NCBI GenBank assembly: GCA_023920165.1
Contig: CP089274.1
Coordinates: forward strand, 2,046,001-2,110,000
Reading direction: 5' to 3'
Length of the DNA: 64,000 nt
From: Curvularia clavata
Lineage: Eukaryota
The position numbers were made by a program, and so were the translations under genes. This document shows positions 35,952-49,600 of the stretch, in pieces (position 1 is the first letter of the stretch; the number at the start of each line of letters is the position of its first letter). The notes below the pieces were generated by a model. The model was given only the letters and a program-made list of their open reading frames with translations, had not been told where the DNA came from and made no database searches.

Positions 35952-38725
35952 ATGTACGAAGGAGACCCATGGTACAATGCCTTCGTGCCGCGGGCAGCAA
36001 AGCCTCAGGACAAAGGCCAGCACCGCCGGAGGGAGAGCCTGCTTAAGCAGGAAAGCGTAAGCCCACCATCCGCTGCATGGGTACGTCTGAGCACTTCTGA
36101 TGATTGTTTCTGTAGGAGAGCCAGGCTGACTTCGAGCGCGCAGAAGCCATTGCAGAGACTGCAGAGGAAGAGCGCCCGGGGAAGCTCAGCGGCCCTCCGC
36201 CGGCCACTGTGGCCCGACGCGCCAAGTCATACAGCGACTTTTACACCGTCGTGCGGGCACACTTGAAGAAGGAGAAGGCATTGGAAAAGAAAAAGTCGAA
36301 AGAGGACATAGCCACTGAAATTCAGTTGGCCGACTGGTATGGCAGTGTCAACGACGAACTGTTGGAAGCCAGCCATGAAGAGTACAGGTATGCTTGGGTT
36401 CATCAACCTATACTAGGAGCCGCTGACTGAAGGACCCCTCAGACGATATCAAGATCAGCTTCACATGACGCGGAACCATCTCGAAAATGTCATCTCGGAT
36501 ACAACATCTACCCTGCAAATCCTCTCATCCCTCTCTGAATCCTTCAAGATTGTCGAGACGCAGACGAACGCATTCCGGACAAAATGTGAAGGCCTCATAG
36601 ACGACCAGAAGCGCATTACAAAACTCGCCGACGATATGGAGCAGAACCTTCGGTACTACCTATATCTCGAGCCAACGACCAAGCGACTCAATGCGCCAGG
36701 TGCTGGCAAGATTGTGCGTGGCAAGGAGTTTGTGGAAATGCTGGCCAACTTGGACAGTTGTTTGGACTACATGCAGGCGCATTCAAAGCATCGAGAGGCA
36801 GAGACATATCGCTCGAGGTACCGCTTGCTACTCACTCGAGCCCTTACCCTTATCCGTGTCCACTTCACTGAGGCCTTGCGAGAGATTGCCGCCGACGTAG
36901 CGAAACGGATAGCAGATCGACAGCTGAATGACACCACAATGTCTGCACTGTTATATGCCAAATTCCGTGTTGGTGCGCCAGAGTTGAAGAGTATTGGAAT
37001 GGAGATACAAAAACGCGCCGTGCTGCCTCCGGGCGCAGCTCCGGGCGCAGAAGCAGAGTATCAAAGTTTGATGAACGAGCTGTACCAGAGCTATTCAGCC
37101 ACACGCGGCCGCCTCATCCTACCAATAATAACAAAAAAGATTGGAGAGATTGCACAGGCCCCGAGCACTTCGACTGACTTGGTCGCCTTTGCTCGTAGTA
37201 GCATAAGCTACATTCGTGGTATATGTTTCGATGAATGCGGCCTATGGCGCGAATGGTTCGAAGGCGACGGCGGACTTTACGACTTTCTTGAAGCCATGTC
37301 TGAGCCTTTGTACGACTATCTTAGACCACGCACTATCCACGAAACCCAAATCCTCAAGCTCTGCGAGCTTTGCACCCTCATTCAGACACGCTACATGGAG
37401 GAAGAGGAAGAGGAGGCGGAGTCACCAACAGAGGCTGGCAAGCTTGATTTTTCCGTCATCGTGCATCCTGCACTGGAAGATGCGCAAAACCGGCTTGTGT
37501 TCCTATCTCTAGCGATCCTGCGAGACGACATCGAAAAGTATAAGCCAAAGCCAGAGGACCTCGACTACCCTGCAAAGAACAAGAAGCAAGCAACTTCTGG
37601 AGCCAAGTCAAACCAACCAGTATTGTCTGGCAAGAAGCAACCCAAGTCCGAAGTTCCCCCTACACCAATAATGCCAAAGGCACCCACGGTCGTTGATGAA
37701 GACGATTCCGAGGCTCGGTGGAACTTCAACACTGAAGCTGCATTCAAGGACTGGTATCCAACATTACGAAAGGCCATTTGGTTGCTCAGTAAGATATACA
37801 GGCTTGTACATGTACGTGTTGTCATCCCTACGAAAAAGTATTTTACTGACATGGTGCACAGTCGTCCGTCTTTGATGACCTGGCCCACCGAATCGTGCAC
37901 AGCACCACTCTCTCACTCACCCAAGCTAGTTCACTTCTTGCCAAATCAACCTCGCCTACAGATGCCGCTCTGTTTCTCATTTCCCATCTGCTTCTTCTGA
38001 AACAACAAATCGTGGCCTTCGATATCGAGTTTGTTACACCCGAGACCGAGGTTCAATACAACTTCTCCAGCGTGACGAATACCTTCTGGGAGCTCCGCGC
38101 ACGAGGTGGCCTCTTCAACCCCCGCAACCTGGTCGGTCTGTTAATACCTAAAGTCGTGGAAAACATGCTCGACGCCAAGGCAGAGGTGGATGCACGTCTA
38201 CGTCAAGCGATTAACGACTTTACTGGTCAGTTCGTAAACAGGATGACGGCGCCGATCGATACGAAGAACAACAAAAAAGTACCAATGGGCGAAGCACCTG
38301 CGCGTACTAGCAAAATTCGGCAAAACATTGAACACGAAACACCGTTTCTGCGCTCAAAGCTGGAGGAATATATTACCGACGCGCGCACACGCGAAATGCT
38401 CGTCGCAGCTGTTATGGAGTCAGTAACACAGACCTATGAAGATTGGTACGACACCTCGTACGCGCCGTCTCTCAAGAATCAAAACGGAGCAGGTCGGAGC
38501 ACCAAAGGCAAGGGCAGGGAAGATGGCGTCTGGGATCCTGACGTGTTCAACGAGTGGTGCAGCAATACTTTTAAAGTAGGGACTCTGAGCTTGGGTATTG
38601 CGGATGACGAGCAACAGTATGGTGATGGTGGGGATAGTGACAGCGATGCTGATAGTATGGGTGCTATAAGCGGACGCACTGGTACAGAGAGAGCAAGTAC
38701 GACGGGTTTGAGAATCAAGATGTGA
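35952..38725 (+). CDS. COG3: Conserved oligomeric Golgi complex subunit 3 (Sec34), ~869 aa, 4 exons
   Basis: Exons 35952-36056, 36116-36387, 36443-37811, 37862-38725. YRSRYRLLLTRALTLIR, ALLYAKF, WYPTLRKAIWLLSKIYRLVHSSVFDDLAH, LFLISHLLLLKQQI. Confidence 0.93.
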
Positions 38726-40009
38726 ACGGCGTCATCTTGCTAGGGAATCAAACGGGCAAGTAGATACAGAAGCTAAATTAGCCCCAAGGGGTAACTCTGC
38801 AGAGTTGACACTTTGAATGCGCAGTATTACATGATGGCGGGGTCCTCTACGTAGATTGGCAGCTCACAGCACTACATTTGGTGATCAAGTGCTTGTAAAG
38901 TGGGTCGCACGAAAAGAAGAAGACGACTACGAAAGACCCTTGCGGTCTAGACTGACGTGATAACCAGTGTCTTCAAGTCCTATGGAGCCCAGAACGAGGC
39001 ATCCTCCTCCATGCCATTTCAGATTCTCATAGCATCTGACCAATAATGTTGGTTTTGGCGGACCGCCGCTAGTCGGTAAGCAGAGTAGCCGAAGTCGATC
39101 GTGTTGCAACAAACTAGGGAGACGAAACATGAGTCCAAACATCGACGTTTGATGATTTCATCACACCCGAGTCGCACCATTCTATACGCTCTACGGTCCA
39201 AGCAACTTGCTCACGCATAGCATGACGAGTGAAGGGATACTGGTCGTCCTATAGGCAGAACTGGTGCATTTCACATAAGGGACAATTCACTGTGATGATT
39301 TTCCTGTAATTGTGATGCTCAAAAGTTGAGTAAAAGGATTTACGCATAGTACAAACCAGGTAGTCACCACCTCCTTGCGACCGGGAGCCCTCGGCGAAAG
39401 CTTATTTTGTGAGACACGTTCCTATCATGTTCTCGGCACTTGATTCCAAACTGAACTGTATCGTCATGCTTAGAGACACCATGACAGCCAAACAGGAGTA
39501 AAGCTCTCGTCACATATGTTCCATGCCTAAAGCAGAACTATTCTGCCTTACGTTTGAAACTATACTTGTAAAGAAACATCACTATTTCTATGAGCAGTGT
39601 CTTGGCCGACACCATATCTGTAAGGGTCACAGTCATGCTGAATGGCATGCTCGAATGAGAATGCTTTCAGCAGTCACAAAGTGGGACCTTTGGCCATCAA
39701 GGAGCTCAGTTTGCCTGAAGGGAGTGCAACTCTGCGCCACAGAGCATGTCGCCATCTGCATACCTATCACGACTCGAAACCATATTGACGGGAAGGAAAA
39801 GTGCCGGACTAACATCTTAGGTCACGTTACGAAACCAAGAGTCTGCATATGAGAGCAGTGTGCCGCTGTTGAATGTAGGAGCACACATTCGTCACAGCAA
39901 GTCTGTTGAGCTTCCTTAACGTTCCTTCGCTCTTCCCTTTTAGTTTCCTTTTCTCTTCTCTTATAATTAATATTTCCTGTAAAGCCCAGGCGGCTCTTAT
40001 TATTGCAAA

Positions 40010-41726
40010 ATGACGTCCGGTACTGTCTCTTCGCTTCTATTCGTGTTCTTGAGCTGTACACAGGTGTTGGCTCAGTCACAAAATGTCCAGTTTAACCAAG
40101 TACTTAATGTCAATGGCGATGTAAGTATACGCCCTGCCAGATAGCTGGAGTGAGCACAAACTAATATGCGTAGATGAAACTCAACTCATTCGTCTTTCCT
40201 GATCGATCAAAGATCGAGACCTTCTCTCAAAAACAGCAGCAGATAATTGTTAATCAACAAGATCCCGCTATCCCCGCCAACCAGGTCACTGGAACCACTG
40301 GCCAGCCGTTTGTTGCTGTTTCGCCGCAGTCAATGACCATCAGCACCAATGGTGCAACGGACTTGGTCGGTGGCCAGATTGAGATGGCTATGACAATGCA
40401 AAACTTGCAGAATGTAGCCGTTCAACCAGACAATACGTATGTGGCTATGCTTTCGCCTGACCGCCAAACTTGGATGATCCAAGAGACAATGAGGATGGTC
40501 AACACCACCGACATGACAGTCCGCATGGTCAAGCGAAGCCAAATGGACGGAGAGTACATGGTTGTTGGTCGTCAGACCGTCGAAACCAACACTCTTGTTG
40601 TCCCCTTTGGAAGTGATGGATCTACATCTGTCGCTATCCAAGGTACTGGTCTTCAGGAGAACGAGTTCCAAGACGGATTCAGAATGGCTACACGTGCTAC
40701 CCAACCCATGACCATGAACGTCGATGTCAAGAAGGGTGTTGATCAGAGCATGCTGGCTGCCCTTCAGGGACAAGCAACGGTCAATGATTACCGTTACTCT
40801 GTCACTACGAACTTGGGTGCTGTCACTCCCAACCTCAACCAGCAGGTCACTGTCATTCAGATGCCCAGTACGTATTTTTTTGTTCTCGTTGTATACTTTT
40901 GGTCAAACTAACATCACTCCTAGTCAATGCTGTCCGTCTCCAGAAGATGATGCAAGCAATGGGTGTCCCACCAACTGGATCTGTCGCCATCGGTGTTGCT
41001 CAACGCAGCGTACTTCAGAACCCCGGTGGCGCAACCGCCAATCTCGGTGGAGCCGCGACCCAGCGTCGTGGACTCACTCGTTCTGAATTCAGGAAAGAGG
41101 TTGCTCGCCAGATCCAGCAAGGCACTACTACTCCCACTACTACCACTACCAACAATAACAACGCCAACCCCGTTGCTGCCCAGCTCCTTCTCGCCCCTAC
41201 ATTCGTTCCTGTCCAGGCCAACGCCGTACTCGACCAGGCCAACATGCGCATCGCTGTCCCTGTCCGCCAAGTTGACGGAGAATACATTCTCACTATGCAA
41301 GTCATGGGTGGTAATGGCCAAGCCGCAGGAGCAGCGCAGCCCGCCCAGGGCCAAACACCCACTGCTCCCTCTCCCTCTGCTCAATCTAGCTCGAAGCCAG
41401 CCGAAGCATCTCCAGCAGCGGCCGAAGGTCAAAGGCCCAGCCTCGAGGGACAGGCAGCGGCTTCCAACGGCACCGCGACCGCTCGACCTGAGCGCCGTGC
41501 AGACGACAGCAAGGACCAGTATGGTAACCCTAAGCCGCCGCAGGGCGCTGTCATCATGACCATGAAGGATATTGATACCATGGCCAATGCTATGACCTGG
41601 GGTGGCCAGGCTGCTATCACGAAGATCATGAATGATTATGTCAAGGAACAGACGGGTAAGGGATTGGATCCCATCACCAAGAGCGGAGCGGACCAGGGTG
41701 CTGCCGCAAAGCTCACTGTGGCATAG
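40010..41726 (+). CDS. Putative secreted Gln/Met/Thr-rich hypothetical protein (~535 aa, 3 exons) with internal duplication
   Basis: Exons 40010-40120 (signal-peptide-like MTSGTVSSLLFVFLSCTQVLA-QS), 40174-40867 and 40924-41726 join in frame. C-ending codon bias. DGEY motif occurs twice. Confidence 0.85.
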
Positions 41727-42170
41727 ATAGCTAGTGCGTGTCGTGAGAGGTTGGAGGAGCATCTGTATATAAATTGAAACACGAAAGGCGAGTTCCCAGG
41801 TGGAATACATACGGTTTATTTGATCGGTGACGCGTAATAAGGTTGTGTATAGTGGAAAAGAGTGAAAGGAATTTTCAGGACCTGAAATTGGTGGAAAACA
41901 GATATTAGCTTGTATGCAGGAAAATCCTCGAGGACAAAAGATCTGAATTTTCGTAAGATTCTGAGTCTCAGATGTCGCTTTCATGTCATGTGAATATTCT
42001 CAGACTGCTCAATGCATCCGTGTTTATACTTGTGAAAAGAGGATATGCTATATTTCATCATCTCATTCGAATTTTGAGTTCTTGTGCTCTGTGTACAAGC
42101 TGATTTAGCCATTGCGCTTTACCATATCAGGCTCCCAGGTCCAGGCATGAGAGAGAGCTCTCCCTGTTCC

Positions 42171-43004
42171 TTATCCATTTGGCGATCCGCGCTTCTTGCC
42201 CTCTATTGACTCGCCTGCCTCCCGCTCCTTCCTCCGCTGGGCAACATCCCAATTGTATACTCGTGCGAACGCGACTTCAAGCGTCTATATTCTTGTTAGA
42301 CAGGTACATTTCTCAAAAAGAATTGGTCCAAAAGAAACATACCGTAATCTGCTCTCGCAAGAAATCCAGATCCTCTTCACAAGTACTCAGGCTGTGTCGT
42401 GCCGTCGACAGCTTGGACTGCAGCAACTCCTCTGCCTCGGGTATAGGGTAAGCCAGCATAACATTGGCACCGAGCCAAAGGTAAACTTCATCTGTGGGCG
42501 GGACCTCGGCTTTGGCAAAGAGTGTATCGTTGAGTTCGAACGTCGTTTCTAGAGGCTCTGCGTCGTCCTTGCGTGATTTAAGGAAGCGGACTGTTTCGAG
42601 CGTCTTTTGGATATCCGGGATCTTATCTTTTAATCCAGCTGCGCGCCTTTGGGTGTTTTGCTGCATGAATTGGTACTTCCTGAGTTTCTCATATGTCAGA
42701 TAGCGGCCGGGTAAAGGTTTGGCTGTGGCTAGCGTACGAGATCATCTCTTTGAAGTTGTTGATGGTGGACTCCACCTCCGAGCGGTCGGTCACATAGTCT
42801 TCTACTCTGTCGACAAATGGAGCTACGGGAATGCCCCGCGGGTTTGCTAGAGTCGCATCATGTCAGAGGGCGGTTGTTGCATAGGGACGTAACGGTATAC
42901 ATACTTGCGGGCTCGCTGTTCACATGTTAGCTCCCTTTACATCTGCTGGTGGCAGAGAAACTCTGAGATGTTACTGACCTCCCGGCTTTCGTCACGTCTG
43001 CCAT
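42171..43004 (-). CDS. PAC10: Prefoldin subunit 3 (Pac10/Gim2/VBP1), ~198 aa, 5 exons including an 11-nt microexon
   Basis: Exons 43004-42979, 42915-42905, 42846-42738, 42679-42343, 42284-42171. NPRGIPVAPFV, KYQFM, FELNDTLFAKA, VYLWLGANVML, FLREQITTLEVAFARVYNWDV. Confidence 0.94.
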
Positions 43005-46000
43005 TGCGACTTGGACTTGTAGACTTGAACGGTGCGCGTTGGTTGTTTCGCGCGTCGGAAAAACTGCCCCGCCATTCCGCTCTTGGCGCCGCACACACTT
43101 CCACCCCGCATGACTTTTCACACTCCCCGCCCCGCCTTCAGCCCTACATATTAGCTCGCCTGCGCCACTGTCTCTACAAGGATAGATGTTGTGGCTGTTC
43201 TATTACTCCGGCGAAGCCATATAGTGACCTCAGTGTATTCCGCAACGGAATGCCACCCGTCCTCGGAGCATCAGGATTACGGAGACTATTTTCCGGAGGT
43301 TGGATTAGAGATTTCAATCCTTTGGTCTGTACGGCGATGACATGATGACCATGTCGTTGGGAAAGGATGGTATCTCTGACGCCTCAACCCCAATCGATGC
43401 TAACACGCTGGCCCCGAGTGATGTGGCTGGACTTGCCAGCACCTAAGGCCCGCAGAGAACCTTGTTGCATCTTGCATAAACCAGACGACGATTGCCTAGC
43501 GCAACAGATGGTACCAGCATCACCATCGGCCCTATCGAGATGATAACCGCGTCCCCGGCTTTGCACCATGGACTATCGAAAGCTACTGCAAGACCAACAT
43601 GAGGTAAGATGTAAGCACTTGTGCTAGTGTACCGCCTTGTACCGTATCAAGAACCGATCCAATCATGGGGAGGTGTATTATCCCTATTTTGGCACACAGG
43701 GCTGTGTGTATCAAAACGCGCCACAAACTTAATCATCAGAAACCAAGGCGTCAGCATAATTCCTGTAGTGGTTGCGATCAGCGGCTGCATCCGCCCCTTC
43801 ACATCGTTTAAGGAATAGCCGTTTGTGGCCTTGATGATGCACGTTCGGACCTCCTCACTATTCTCCGAGCAAATCACATTGCAATTCTCCTCGCCGACCA
43901 GCCATGCTATCACATCAGGGCGTGCCCCTGTGTCAGGCCAAGTTTGGCCCAATCGCAATCGTCAAGCTTGCAGAGCCCCATTCTGTTGCTTAACATAGCT
44001 TGATAGCGTCATCACACGAAAACGTCTTCAGCCATGCGGCTGTACTCATTCGCATTGTCTCATGCGAGAACAGTGAATTCACATTATTTGTGGCATGATA
44101 AGGATTTTCTCATAACACACACGCCGGGGATTCCGTATCATGCTCCTTGCATTAGACGTACATGTCCAGACTCAGCACCCGTGTTTGCATTTTCCATTTC
44201 TGGAAGTATGGTGTGCATAAGGCTGGCAATTCGATATTGATCGACGCGATGATCAACCTCATTTTTGGTATGGAGAAACCCTAGCAGGACAACTGTCAAA
44301 CAGTTTCTGGGGGCCCCGCAAACCATTTTTGTTGCCGATCGGCGCAATTTGTTCCTTCGGCTCCTTCAAGACTACTTTGGTTAATCCATGATACCTGATA
44401 TCGTCTCGGTATGATGTATGCGGTGAGATGGTTAGGCACGCCAGCCACAAGGCGTCTCGTATGTCGTAGCACCTGCATGACGTGGCGCACCCGCTTGCGA
44501 GCTGAGCAACGCGGAAACGGCCTGATAACACGAGTAAGTACCTTGTAGAGCTTAGCAGGGCCTAATGTAGCCATGTATCAGGCATCCCAAGGCGTCACCG
44601 AGACCCTGCATGGTGACTTCGTTATGAGCTCAATTGCCTTCATGGTACCGATGTTCAGTACCTCAAACCACTCAATTGGCGAATAGACAGGGTCGTTGAG
44701 CTGACATGCACTTGTTGAGTTCGCTTGGAACATCATGTTTTGGAGGTGGCCTGATGCACATGACCTGACACCTGTAATCCTAAGGGTGACTGCATAGAGG
44801 GGCATATGTATGTACATTGACAAGGTTACCAAAGTCACGTGGCGAAAACCCCTGCTTCCATGTAAGGCTGCAGCGTAAGCACCTTGTGTTTCGCTTCGTG
44901 GTCTGGAGCTCGAAGCGAGCGCTTGATGAAGGGTCCAAGGAAATCACAGGGGCAAAGGAGTTTTGCCTGAACAAGCCCTGAAAAGCGACATGTTGCAGAT
45001 ACGAACAGATACTGCGATAAGGTTGGATGCGAGCCGGTGAACTGCTGAGTTTGCCGGCCAATAGTGAGAAATGCCTCATCTTAGTACCCGAGGACTCCCT
45101 CTTCGTGGGCCGAGTGAAGGCGGGTGTGATTAGTGCAGCCACGACGCTTTGCTGTTGTGATACCACGTACTACTTGATAAAACCGACTACATGTACTTGC
45201 CGAGGAAGTGAAGGGATCGCATGTGACCACGCGATAATCGACTAGGACCCTTAGTTCGCTTCCTGTACTGTGGAAGCGCATTCAAGCAGCAACATGCTGT
45301 CGATCAGGCCCGAGCGTACGTACAAGACTGCGAGACCCCCAACTGTACCATGATTCATGAGCCGAGCCGGCAATTCTTCACAGGTAACACTGCATATCAA
45401 GTCTCGCCAGGGTAGAGGAGTCAGGATACCGGGATTAACCTTTTCGGCACGGATTGAGCCTGCGTGCCGGAACCCTATATCCGCTCGGGGTACACAGAAC
45501 AGGAAGAGACTTGCATTCTCTTCATATACTCCAAGCGAAAGTCTGCGACTCACACGACACCAATAACTAATAATAGGATGCTTTTCCGCATGTACCAACA
45601 GCATTCCTACCGGGCTGCAGCTGCATAGGCAGAAGTATACTTTTCCGGTAGCCGAGAAAGTGGTACAGAGGATGTACCGTGTCGTTGGTAGGTGATGAGC
45701 TGGGATGTGAGGATCTTTAATATACGGGTATTTATCCGTTCGTTTGTCCCGGTATTCGGTACCAGAAGGACGGGGCTGCTGTGGGTGTATACGAGATGTT
45801 GGTATATACGAGGCGGGAAGTTGTTGGTTAAACTTAGCTTTGCCTGCCGCGGAGCATAGAGATAAGGTAAAAAAGACGGCCGGGTATAGCTGTTTAATTG
45901 ATTCCTTGGCGCGGTGCGTAATTTCAAAGCTGTGCATAGACATCAAGCGTCTGGAAGAATGGACCAGCTGACTATATTGGATGAGGTTTGTTTTGGCGAT

Positions 46001-46670
46001 CATGCATATGGACCAGACGGACTGGGAGGACATGGTTGCATGGAAAGGTCAGTGGATAGAGAACTGGTTCATATCTCCGTAGATACTATAGATTAGAACT
46101 ACCGTTGCAAATGAAATTCGTCGACTAGTTGTAGGTAAGACCGAGCCAGGGATGCGAGAGCGCAATGGGTGTTGAGGCCGATGATTGGGGGTAACGCCTG
46201 TTAGAGGAAGCGAGGATAGGTCATATCAGACGATAAGGCAAAGGAGATTGTGTAAGGATAGTATGATCAGTAAAGGATGGTCGTAGACAATGATGGAACG
46301 AGTCACGATGCAACTGAAGGACCAAGAATTATGAAGTTACCCTTGCATTGCGGAAGCCAAAACATTAAGTACAAAGCTAAACTAACAGTAATCATAACGG
46401 TGCGTCAACATAAGGAAGAATAGAAGCCAAACAAGCCGTGTACGCAGATGTCTAATAAGAACGGAAAAAGGTTCAAGACCTCAACGCCAGCCAGCGACCC
46501 AAACATTTTTATCCTGACCTTAACATCAGTGGAAAGTGATATATCGAATACCATACAAAAAAAGAAGTGAAGTAAATCCCAACGCCGACATCTCATTTCA
46601 ACCCTTGCAAGAAAGGAGATGCATGCAATATGCGGTTGCCACAGTCTAGCGTGATGAAGAATCAAAATGC

Positions 46671-49600
46671 TTATAGCTTGAGGCCTTGCTGGATGAGCTT
46701 TCCAAGTGTAACACCCTGAAAGATGAGTTAGCATGGTAAAATGGAATGGGGGCTAAAGGGAAGACTTACGTGATCACCCTTCATCATAGTGAAGTGATTG
46801 CCGCCCATGACAGCGTACTGGAAGTTCTCCTTAGGCAGAAGCTGGGCCCAGCCATTGTCAGAGAAATCAGTGCGGTTGTTGAGGAGCCACTTCATGGGAG
46901 CTGGGTCCTCTCCCTCACCTGGTGGGGGGCGGGGGTCCTCGGGGTTGGGGCAGACTCCGTCGGTGCACCAGATGGCAAGGACGGGAGGGGCAGACTTAGG
47001 GTCCATGGGGACTGGGTCGTAGTCCTTGAGGTTCTGGATGGCGGAGGCGAAGTGAGGAAGGAGCCATGAGGGAGTACCACCGGGCTTGCCGGTACCGAGG
47101 AGACCGATCTGGTCGAAGAAGATGTGAAGGCGAGCAGGGAGAGGATCAAGAGCGACTGGGCAGGGAGCATCAATAAGAACAAGGTTCTCAACCTCCTCAC
47201 CAGCGTTGACCAGTTGCTGAGCGACTTCGTAAGCCATGACACCACCAGCAGACCATCCGCCGATGATGTATGGGCCCTCAGGTTGGCGGCGCTTGATCTC
47301 ATTGAGGTAGAGGCGGGAGACGCCCTCAACACCGCAAGTCCACTTCTCAGGGCACTTCATGAACGGGCAGTTAAGTCCGTACACGGCCATGTCGGGAGAG
47401 ATGTTTGGGATGGAGATGTAGCTGGTAGCGCTACCGGAACCATCAGGGACGAGGAAGAACTTCTTGGTAGCGGTCTTGGGGTTACCTTGGAGGAGGACGG
47501 AAGAGGCAGGTGGCAGGTTCGAAACATCAGGCAGAGAGGCCAACTTCTTGTTCACCTCAGACAAACGAGGGGCATTGGTAGCGGCCTTGGTAGCAGACTT
47601 CGCAGCCTTGGGTTGAGGACGCATGCCAAGGGCAGTCTCGATATCCTTGATGGTGACATTGACGGTGAGGAAGTCAGCGGGAAGGTCGCGACCAGTAGCC
47701 TCCCTCATGGAACCAAGAATAGTCAAGCTCATCAGCGAGTCCATACCAATGTCGGTAAGATCAAGGTCATCCGTGATCTCAGAGACATCAACACCCATTT
47801 CCTCAGCTACAAGCTTGCGAGCCAGGCTGACTCCACCCTCGGTAGGAGCTGAGGGCTTGATATCATCGTGGCCATCATCGCTGCCGGTAGAGCTGGCAGG
47901 GGTGCTGTCACCTTGACCGGCAGGTCCCTCAAAGGGGGTGGGCAAGTCGGAAGGCTCATCAGATGTCACAGAAGAGTCATCGTCAACAATGGTAGTGCCT
48001 TCGAACTGGGAGAAGTGCTTCTTCAGTTCACCGACAGTGGAGCAGTCGGTGAAGAGAGTGGACGGGATGTCCATGTCGAGCTCCTCGCGGAACCTGGCAG
48101 AGATTGTGAGAGACAGAAGGGAGTCAACACCGAGGTTCTCGAAAGCAGCCTCGTCGACAAGCTCAGACATGTCAACATCGATCTCTTGGGCAACAATGTT
48201 CATGACTTTGGATGTGACACCAGCGGGAGCAGCAGCCTTGACAGCCTTGGGAGCTTTGGCGGGCTTGGCTGCCTTAGGAGCTGCTGCCTTGGTCTTGACA
48301 GGAGCAGCAGCTGGCAGGGCCTTGAGAGTGGGCTTAGCAAGAGGCTTGCCAGCAGGCGCAACGGCGGCGGCCTTGCCGGCGGGAGGCATCATGATATTGA
48401 GTGCCCGGCGAGGGATGTTCTGGAATTTAAGGCCCATGACCATACCAATGATCTCAGTGCCATCCATAATGTAAACATCACCGACGGAGATGTTGCCAGG
48501 GGCAGGCTGCATGCGAACATAGGAGCGGTACTTCTTCTCGGGCGACAGCTTGCCGGCAATCTTGATAGATCCCCATCCGTGGGAGATGTAGACCGAGTTC
48601 TCCGAGTCAAGATGGTCGGACGCGTTGACGATGAAGCCAGAAAGATGCGCAAGAGAATCAATCCAGTATGGCGAGCAAAGGAACTCTCCATCGGCAGCAG
48701 TGGTCTGGAACTGGACCTGAGCAGTGGCCTCGGTCTGCTTGCCATCGAGGATGACTTCCTCCATACCACGGTAGTTGTCAGCATAGGTAACAAGGGCCTT
48801 GAAGAGCTTATAGGCCATGCCGCGGAGAACCTTGTGGGCAGCACCAGTCTGGAGCTTCATCTGAAGCAACTCGATCTGAGACTGAACCATGTACTGGATG
48901 CGGCCCCACTCCTCCTTCCAAGCGTTAACATCCTCGTACTTGACGGTACCGACGGCGTGCTCGGCAAGGATCTTGGAACCATCAGCTGAGACAGTGCGGA
49001 AGGTGATCTTGACTTCGCCAGCTTCCAGGTTGGCGTTACCCTCGATCTGCAAGTGCTGGCCGGTGGCAGGAGGAGGGTACTGAGGAATGAGGGTCTTGGT
49101 AACCTCCATGGCGCACACGTTAAGACCAGGCGTCTCAGTTCCAGGGCGGAGCTGCTGGTACAGGTAGTCGGCGACGGTCATAGCCTGGTCAGCGTAGAGC
49201 GAAGATGGAGTAAGAGGAGTGCCGTTAACTTGATGACCAGTGATGGTAGCCTTCAACTTGGGGTCAGAAAGATCAGACTGCACAACAACGGTACCAGAGT
49301 TTGCATGAAGATCCTCGCGGACAATCTTGTGGCAAGAAGTTGTCGATAGCTTGGAGGGGGCCTCCTCAACCGGTGCTGCCTCAATGGCCTTGACCGCAGG
49401 AGGAGCTTGAAGTACCTCGCCCTTGGTGAGAGTCCAGTTGTTGTGGTAGTCCAACCAGTACTTCTTCGAGTCAAAAGCGTATGTAGGCAGAGTGTACATC
49501 TCATGCGCATCGTTGAAAAGCTTGTGGTATTCGTTGAAGTCGATGTAGACACCAGCAAGGTACAGTGTGACCAAGGTGTTGGAAAGTGTCTTCCATGGGT

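Noticed and set aside
45251..46033. 260-aa minus-strand ORF downstream of the PKS
   Set aside because: Random-looking composition with no motifs or codon bias; likely spurious.
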